The notes under the pieces are model-generated. The model was given only the letters and a program-made list of their open reading frames with translations. It was not told the origin of the DNA and made no database searches. From Gemmataceae bacterium (lineage in GTDB: Bacteria; Planctomycetota; Planctomycetia; Gemmatales; Gemmataceae), in the NCBI GenBank assembly GCA_045802525.1, contig JBJMQT010000091.1, positions 11,110 to 75,109 of the forward strand: a stretch of DNA of 64,000 nt, given 5' to 3'. The position numbers and the translations under genes are program-made. This document shows, piece by piece, positions 57,619 to 64,000 of the stretch (its first letter is position 1; every line of letters starts with the position of its first letter).

Positions 57619-60600
57619 TCAATTAATAAAGATGAATTCCTTGGCGTTCATCATCACATGACAGAAATCAGTCCAGGCACGAGGATCCTGGTCATTGCCA
57701 TATTCCTTAGCCTGATCGGCGAGAAATTCGAGTGCATCGCCAATCTCGGCCTCGCTGGGTTCTCTTCCAAACGCGGACAGGTACATGCTCTTTATTCTTT
57801 GAGTCGGCGTCAGATCTTTTTCCGACAGGACGCGTTTTGCCCAAACGCTCGCTTGTTGAATCACGAAAGGGTTATTCATCAGGGCGAGTGCCTGGGCCGG
57901 TACATTGGAAACGCTTCGTCTGCCCATCGTCGTAAAGGGAATAGGGAAGTCAAAGGCGAGGAACATGGGCGTCAGGAAATTGCGGCGGACCTTGATGTAG
58001 ATGCTGCGACGGCCGTCGCCGTCGAGCGGACCGGAAGCGGGCCGGCCTCGACCGATCATAAACTCTGTCAAATAGGGAGTGACGCTGGGGCCATAGAGTT
58101 TCTTGTCCAGCCTTCCCGATACGGCTAAAATCGCATCGCGCATGCATTCCGCCTCCAGACGTTGAATCGGCATTCGGTGAAGCAACTTGTTCTGCGGATC
58201 GGCTTCTTGCTCCTTTGCCGAGCCCTGACTGGCCATGCGATAGGTGCTAGAAAGCACCATCATGCGGTGCATTTTCTTGATCGACCAACCGTGGCGGATG
58301 AATTCAGTTGCCAGGTAATCAAGCAATTCGGGATGAGTCGGCTCCTGGCCCTGGGCGCCGAAGTCGTCGGGAGTGCGGACGATTCCCTCGCTAAAATGGT
58401 GCTTCCAAAGGCGGTTGACCATGACCCGGGCGAGCAAAGGCTTTGCTCGGTTCACCAGGCGCCGGGCTAGCTCCAGGCGGCCGCTCCCCGATTCCGGCCG
58501 TGACTGATCGGCCCCCGCGAAAACTTCCAGAAACCGGCGTGGGGCTTCTTCTCCCAGGTTTTTGTAATTGCCGCGAATAAAGATCCGCTCGTCGATCCCC
58601 GTGCCGTCGGTCATCGCCATGACCCGGCGCGGCGTGGGAAGCTGTTTTTCTAATTCTTGCCATCGATTGATAATAGAAGCGAAATGGTCGCGGTCTTCCT
58701 GGTCGTTGGAAGGGTCGGCAGTTCCTTTGTCCCATCCGCTGCTCAGTAAGGCGTTGAGCAGGCCGATTCGCTCATTGCAGTCCTCCAGCGCCGCCAGCTT
58801 GCCTGACTGCCACTGGTCAATGATCTCTAGGAAAAGGTTCTGTAATGCCTCTTTTAGCTTTATTCTTGTATCGGTCGAAGGGTCTTCTAAGAGCCTCATG
58901 AGCAACGGATTCGGAGCATCAGCCGTGATGCCTTTGTCGCTCAGTAGGATGCGGTCAACCGCGACATAGCCGTCCCCGTCGCCGAGAAACTCGATGTAGG
59001 CATTGTGGCCTTTCCACATGCTGACATTTTGCACCGCCCAATAAGGCCGGTCATTCTGAGCGTAAAAGGTCAAGCCGCCATAAATTGGTTCTTGGATGCG
59101 TTGGAAGCCATCGATGATCAGATTGACGCGTACTGCCTGGCCGGCAAGATGGTAGAGGATATGGCTTTTCTCAATGCGGAAAGTTTGGGAGCGTAACGCG
59201 CCTTGGAGCCGTCCGGACACTAGCCCGCTGTGAACAAGGCCTTCGCGGCATACACGGCGCACCGGCATAGAATCATCCGGCCGCAAGTCGATCTGGCCGA
59301 AGTGCGCGGGCTTTTCTCCGAATGCCTCGCCGGTGATAAACCAGTTCTTATAGCCCGGCTTGGCAAAGCTTTCGAAAGAGGTCGCTTGGCTCTCAAACTT
59401 CGCAGCCCGTTCTTTCTCGGCCTTCCAGCGCTCGAGCATCTCGGTCTTCTTGGCAGCGAAGTGATTATCATCCGCGGCCACGAGTTCCAGTAACGGTCTA
59501 ATGGCTGGGTCTGCCTTGGCCGGATCGCCTGCTTTTTGTACTTGCGATTTCAGCGAACGCGCCGTCACCGCTATCGCCATAGGGTCGAGTTCTCGGCGCA
59601 CTTCGTGAAGCCGGCTGATGAGGTCTTTCGTCGGCTTGGGATCGTCAATGAAGGCGCGCTGGTACCGGGAACTCTCCAGGCATCCCATTAGCGAGTAGTA
59701 ATCCTTTGTCGGCACCGCATCGAACTTGTGATCATGGCAGCGCGCGCACGCTAAGGTCATCCCGAGGAAAGTCTTGCCGAAAACATCAATCTGGTTGTCA
59801 ATGCGGTCGGCCATATCTTGGCGCACTTCAACCGGTGAATGCACGGACTCGCCCAGGAACCAAAAGCCGGTGCCGATGATTGATTCGTTAAAATGCTCTT
59901 TAGGATGGCGACGCGGCTTCGGTAGGAGATCGCCGGCAATATTTTCAATGATGAATCGGTCATAAGCCACGTCATCGTTGAGCGCTCGAATCACGTAATC
60001 GCGGTATTCGAAGGCTTCCGGCATCTCGAAATCAAACTCGTGCCCGGCACTTTCTCCATAGCGCACCAAATCGAGCCAGTGCCTGGCCCATCGTTCGCCG
60101 TAATGGGGCGAGGCGAGCAAACGGTCCACTACCTTTTCGTAGGCTTGGCCGGAGTCGTCTGCCAAGAAGTCCTTAATTTCTTGGGGAGTGGGCGGCAATC
60201 CAATCAAGTCAAAGGTGACGCGCCGCAGCCAGGTACGTTTTTCCGCTGGTCGAGCCTGCTTCAGTCCGTTGCATTCGAGCTTGGCGAGAATAAAGCGGTC
60301 CAGATCATCGCGCGGCCAATCGGCTCGTTTGGCGCTCGGAGCAGGGACGGTCTTAAGTGGCTGCAAAGACCAGTGCCTGGACCGTTCTTTGAGATTGAAC
60401 GGTTTTATAGCATTGTCGCCGGCCCCTGTTCCATGGTCCGCCGGCCAGGGTGCGCCGATTTTGACCCACTTTGTTAGCTCGGCAATGGCCTTGTCGGGCA
60501 ACTTACTTTTCGGCGGCATTTTGATATCGCCGTTGTAGCGAATCAGTTCGATGAGAAGACTCTTCTCGGCATCGCCAGGTTTGACGGCCGGGCCGCTGTC

Positions 60601-60843
60601 GCCGCCTTTAATCAGCCCCGCTTCGGTTTCTAGCACCAGCCCGCCCTTATGTTTGGCGGCGTTATGGCACGATAGACAATTCGCAGCGAGCAAAGGGCGA
60701 ATTGTTTTTTCGAAGAATTCGACCCCTTCCGGATTGGTCTCGCCGGCCCATGCGGTCGGGGTAGCCATAACTGTCCCAATTAGGAACATGGCCAGCTTGA
60801 GCGGCGGGAAGACCAAGGACCGACGAAGCATCGCTAACTCCAT
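57619..60843 (-). CDS. PSCyt / DUF1549 / DUF1553 multidomain protein (planctomycete cytochrome-c-domain protein)
   Basis: More than 1000 aa with a signal peptide. It has the heme-binding-type motif CLSCHNAAKHKGGL and the large DUF1549...DUF1553 architecture. The start is uncertain: ATG 60843, 60831, or track 60891. Confidence 0.85.
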   Translation of the reverse strand: MELAMLRRSLVFPPLKLAMFLIGTVMATPTAWAGETNPEGVEFFEKTIRPLLAANCLSCHNAAKHKGGLVLETEAGLIKGGDSGPAVKPGDAEKSLLIELIRYNGDIKMPPKSKLPDKAIAELTKWVKIGAPWPADHGTGAGDNAIKPFNLKERSRHWSLQPLKTVPAPSAKRADWPRDDLDRFILAKLECNGLKQARPAEKRTWLRRVTFDLIGLPPTPQEIKDFLADDSGQAYEKVVDRLLASPHYGERWARHWLDLVRYGESAGHEFDFEMPEAFEYRDYVIRALNDDVAYDRFIIENIAGDLLPKPRRHPKEHFNESIIGTGFWFLGESVHSPVEVRQDMADRIDNQIDVFGKTFLGMTLACARCHDHKFDAVPTKDYYSLMGCLESSRYQRAFIDDPKPTKDLISRLHEVRRELDPMAIAVTARSLKSQVQKAGDPAKADPAIRPLLELVAADDNHFAAKKTEMLERWKAEKERAAKFESQATSFESFAKPGYKNWFITGEAFGEKPAHFGQIDLRPDDSMPVRRVCREGLVHSGLVSGRLQGALRSQTFRIEKSHILYHLAGQAVRVNLIIDGFQRIQEPIYGGLTFYAQNDRPYWAVQNVSMWKGHNAYIEFLGDGDGYVAVDRILLSDKGITADAPNPLLMRLLEDPSTDTRIKLKEALQNLFLEIIDQWQSGKLAALEDCNERIGLLNALLSSGWDKGTADPSNDQEDRDHFASIINRWQELEKQLPTPRRVMAMTDGTGIDERIFIRGNYKNLGEEAPRRFLEVFAGADQSRPESGSGRLELARRLVNRAKPLLARVMVNRLWKHHFSEGIVRTPDDFGAQGQEPTHPELLDYLATEFIRHGWSIKKMHRMMVLSSTYRMASQGSAKEQEADPQNKLLHRMPIQRLEAECMRDAILAVSGRLDKKLYGPSVTPYLTEFMIGRGRPASGPLDGDGRRSIYIKVRRNFLTPMFLAFDFPIPFTTMGRRSVSNVPAQALALMNNPFVIQQASVWAKRVLSEKDLTPTQRIKSMYLSAFGREPSEAEIGDALEFLADQAKEYGNDQDPRAWTDFCHVMMNAKEFIFIN

Positions 60844-61496
60844 GATTCCGGCATGGCGGGAACGCGTTCTCAGTGAGCATTCGGTATGCAAGGCGGCATC
60901 AAGCCCTGGCGGGAGAGTCGCTTATGATTGTAGCCATAAATCTCTTATGACTCCACCAGCAATCAAATTCCTTCTTGGTCAAGCTTTGTCTCGAAACGAG
61001 ATGGGCACATCAACCTGCACATGGGAAGCTGGTTGACCTCCGAGCGATGGCCGGATTGCGCGACCGCAATAGTCACTACCCGCAAAGGCCATGCAATCGG
61101 TTCCCTGCTCGTCCCGTTCCTGTCTAGCGGCAGTTGCGTCCCTACGCGGAGGGGTCTATATTTACACGATGCAATGAATTTCTTGCTTTGCCCGGCCCTT
61201 TTGACTCGGCGACCGGCGTTCCTCGGTGGAGCGGCCCCCATAACGCCTTTCGGGGACCGGACAAAGGATAATTGTATCGCCTGTGATAATGGTTTAATTT
61301 TGCCGGTGAGCAAAGCCATGCTCTTGTGAACCGCCGGCTCGATGGCTACGCTATCTTTCATAGGTTGGCGGCCTAAACGCTGCCGCCTAAGGCCTTTGGG
61401 TCGGCAACGGCTGTTCCGAAAGGGCGCCCCCATCGGTTTTACGGTCCCGTTGCCTCGATCCATGGCGGCAAACGACTGAAAGAATGAGGTGGCCCC

Positions 61497-62255
61497 ATGG
61501 CCTTATCTCTGAACATCGGCACTTGCACGTTGCTCGGCAATTACCGGGAAAACAACGAAGACTCCATCGACGTCAAGCAGTTTCCCGACATGACCGTGTT
61601 GATGGTGGCTGACGGCATGGGCGGCCAGGCGGCAGGTGAAATCGCCAGTAAGCGGGCCGTGGAAATCGTGCCCCGCGAACTCAAGAAGAATATTGTCGGC
61701 GCCGTTGGCAATGAGGAAACCAAGACCATCATTCGCAAGGCGATCGTTCAGGCCAACGAAGAAATCATGGCTATGGCCGCTCTGGATCGCGACCTGAAAA
61801 ACATGGGAACCACCGTGGTCATGGCGGTCTGGCGCAAGGGCAGCGCCGTTATGTATGTCACGGGATTGGGCGACAGCCGTTGCTATCTCATCCGCACCAA
61901 GAAAATCGAGCAGCTTACAGTCGATCACTCCATCGCCCAAGCTCTGGTCGAAGCCAAGACCATCTCCGCCGCTGAAGCTAAGACCCATCGTTATCGCAAC
62001 GTCCTCTGGAAATACCTCGGTTCCAACGAAGTCGGCGAAGGGCCGGAAGTGAAAGTCATTCAACTGATGGCGGACGACCGCTTTGTGCTGTGCACCGACG
62101 GCTTGAGCGGCGTTGTCAACGACGAGCAATTGTTAAACTTTGTCAAGGACCAGACGGATGTGCAAATTTGTGCCGACGGATTGGGACAACTGGCGCTCGA
62201 CTCCGGGTCGCGCGACAATGTTTCCTGCATCGTCTTTGATGTCGTGGAGAAATAG
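61497..62255 (+). CDS. PP2C-family Ser/Thr protein phosphatase
   Basis: NEDS, VADGMGG, GDSRCY, LCTDGL and GSRDNVS. Confidence 0.9.
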   Translation: MALSLNIGTCTLLGNYRENNEDSIDVKQFPDMTVLMVADGMGGQAAGEIASKRAVEIVPRELKKNIVGAVGNEETKTIIRKAIVQANEEIMAMAALDRDLKNMGTTVVMAVWRKGSAVMYVTGLGDSRCYLIRTKKIEQLTVDHSIAQALVEAKTISAAEAKTHRYRNVLWKYLGSNEVGEGPEVKVIQLMADDRFVLCTDGLSGVVNDEQLLNFVKDQTDVQICADGLGQLALDSGSRDNVSCIVFDVVEK

Positions 62256-62256
62256 T

Positions 62257-62991
62257 TTAGAGATAGGCCGCGTTGGTCGGCTTAATGATCAATTCCGGCA
62301 CCGACGCATGCGGGGGCAGTGTCGCTACGAATAAGACTGCCGCCGCTACATCTTCCGGCTTCAAGATTTGACTCAAATGTTCGCGGCTTAACGGCGTCGG
62401 CCGGTCCTTCAAGATCGGCGTGTCTACCTCGCCGGGATAAATATTGCAAAAGCGCACGCCACTGTCTTTCTCCTCGGCGCCCAGGCACAGCCCCAGTCCC
62501 GTCATGCCGTGTTTCGCCGCCACATAGGCTAAACCTCCCAGCGGCGTCGCCCGTTTTCCGGATATGGAATTGATATTGATGACAAGGCCATTGCGGCGCT
62601 CCACCATGCCCGGAACGACCGCATAAATACAGTAGAAGGCGCCGTCCAGATTGGTGCGCACGACCTTTTGCCATAGTTCGGGAGTCAACTCGCGAAAGGG
62701 CCGCTGCTTGATATTGAGGCCCGCATTGTTCACCAAGATCGTTATGGGGCCGAAATGGTCGGTGACGCGCTTCGCCAGCGTTACTACTTGATTGAGGTCG
62801 CTGACATCGCAAGGACTAAAGAAAAGGCGATCTCCTCCGTCCAATTCCTTGGTGGCTCGCTTGAGCTTGCCCTCATCCCGCCCGGCGATCGCGACTTTCG
62901 CTCCATCGCGCAGAAAGAGCCGCGCGGTTTCCAAGCCGATGCCGCTGCCGCCGCCCGTCACCAGGGCCACCTGATTCGCTAATCGGCTCAT
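62257..62991 (-). CDS. Short-chain dehydrogenase/reductase (SDR)
   Basis: TGGGSGIG (cofactor binding), NNAG and YVAAKHG (YxxxK). Confidence 0.9.
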   Translation of the reverse strand: MSRLANQVALVTGGGSGIGLETARLFLRDGAKVAIAGRDEGKLKRATKELDGGDRLFFSPCDVSDLNQVVTLAKRVTDHFGPITILVNNAGLNIKQRPFRELTPELWQKVVRTNLDGAFYCIYAVVPGMVERRNGLVININSISGKRATPLGGLAYVAAKHGMTGLGLCLGAEEKDSGVRFCNIYPGEVDTPILKDRPTPLSREHLSQILKPEDVAAAVLFVATLPPHASVPELIIKPTNAAYL

Positions 62992-63124
62992 CGTGTTATG
63001 CCTCTAGTTCCCACGCTCCCCCCGGGACAGGCAGAGATCATCTTCGATTGTGCGGAGCAGGCCCTTGATGGTATGTTGCCTTATAGTATGTGAATTTCTT
63101 GCCCTGGAAAGGAATGACCCCTCT

Positions 63125-64000
63125 ATGAATGCCGATTTGCGCCGCCGAACCGATGAGGTGATTAGCCGTTTGACACATCTCCGGGACAGTCTTTGACATT
63201 CCCACCAAAGCGAAGCTGCGCGACGCCCTGAACGCGCGGATGGGCGAACCAACTTTCTGGGAAAATCCTGAAAAAGCCCAACAGACCATTCAACAGCTCA
63301 AGCCACTGAACGGTCTTTTGAAACCGTTCGAGGAATTGCAAGGAGCAAGCCACGATTTGGAAGTCCTCGCGGAGTTCGCGACCGAAGATCCTACCCACGA
63401 CCGGGAGCTGGAAGAGGAACTAGGCCGAATCGAAAAACGGCTCGATGAATTTGAGCTCCAAGCCATGCTCAGCGGCCCGCAAGACGCCAGCAATGCGTTT
63501 TTGCGCATCCAGGCCGGCACCGGCGGCACGGAAGCCTGCGACTGGGCGCAAATGCTCATGCGGATGTACGGTCGCTGGGCCGAGCGCCATGGCTACACGG
63601 CCGACATCGTTGATGAACTGAGAAACGAAGAAGCCGGCATCCGCAGCGCCACCTTGCATGTCGTCGGGGACTACGCCTACGGCAACCTACAAAGCGAAGC
63701 CGGCGTCCATCGGCTTGTTCGCATCAGCCCGTTTGACGCCAACGCCAAGCGGCAGACGTCGTTCGCCGCCGTGGACGTGATGCCGGAAATCGACAGCAGC
63801 ATCGAGATTGAACTGCGCTCCGATGAACTGGAACGTCAAACTTTTCGCAGCGGCGGCCCCGGCGGCCAGCATCAAAATAAAACGGAGAGCGGCGTTCGCT
63901 ATATTCACAAACCGACCGGCATCGCCGCCGAGAGTCGCAGTGAACGCAGTCAGCACAAAAACGACGCCATGGCCCTCTCTCAACTCAAGGCCAAGCTCTA
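63125..64000 (+). CDS. prfB: Peptide chain release factor 2, with programmed +1 frameshift; 3' end beyond the window
   Basis: Frame 0 runs from ATG 63125 to CTT (63191-93), then TGA (63194-96). The +1 frame from 63195 reads DIPTKAKLRDALNARMGEPTFWENPEKAQ...RISPFD (SPF)...SGGPGGQHQNK (GGQ). The gene is absent from the ORF track because it runs off the edge. Confidence 0.9.

Noticed and set aside
60892-61496. A 600-bp spacer with a 166-aa minus ORF (60963..61463). I checked it for tmRNA (it contains CTCCACCA), RNase P, SRP RNA and riboswitch cores.
   Set aside because: - No T-arm or acceptor pairing accompanies the CCACCA.
- No P4, SRP or riboswitch consensus was seen.
- The ORF is Arg/Pro-rich with no RBS.
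- It is left unannotated as a divergent promoter region.

Overview
GC-rich 64-kb chromosomal segment. By gene content it is almost certainly from a Planctomycetota genome: it has paired DUF1800/DUF1501 and PSCyt-DUF1549-DUF1553/DUF1501 genes, an ECF sigma module, a Ser/Thr kinase plus PP2C, and many signal-peptide proteins. All calls come from reading the supplied translations and the DNA by eye. No searches were run.

Most of the window is ordinary housekeeping: rtcB + archease, fabH, rplU, trpF, ahcY, parB, polX, argJ, thiC with a TPP riboswitch, chrA, a purine nucleoside phosphorylase, two ABC-2 exporter modules, an SDR, and prfB. The high GC content produces many long antisense shadow ORFs, which I rejected.

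Main observations:
1. A TlpA-like thioredoxin-fold gene (48882-50180, minus) is split in the ORF track by an in-frame TGA. The TGA sits exactly at the first Cys of the WCGPC redox motif, and a SECIS-like hairpin with a GGUC loop follows it. This is a strong selenoprotein candidate.
2. A second in-frame TGA (53754-53756) joins a well-initiated signal-peptide mini-ORF to a start-less 161-codon ORF. A hairpin follows it immediately.
3. An AT-rich accessory islet (about 41.4-45.5 kb) encodes a Zn-ribbon/TM/trypsin-like protease, a wHTH protein and a protein with an RNQLEH (HEPN Rx4H) motif. It is bracketed by two similar GGCCCTCCTG hairpins.
4. A small HEPN protein (RGARAH) and a frame-broken small ORF (A7 tract) sit between fabH and archease-rtcB.
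5. The tRNA-Pro locus carries a decayed tRNA-Pro copy, a phased TTTCTGTGCAA iteron array, a GGAGACAR octamer palindromic array, and two parS-like palindromes upstream of a parB that has no adjacent parA.
6. prfB has the classic CTT TGA C +1 frameshift site.

No CRISPR array, rRNA or intact transposase/integrase was seen.
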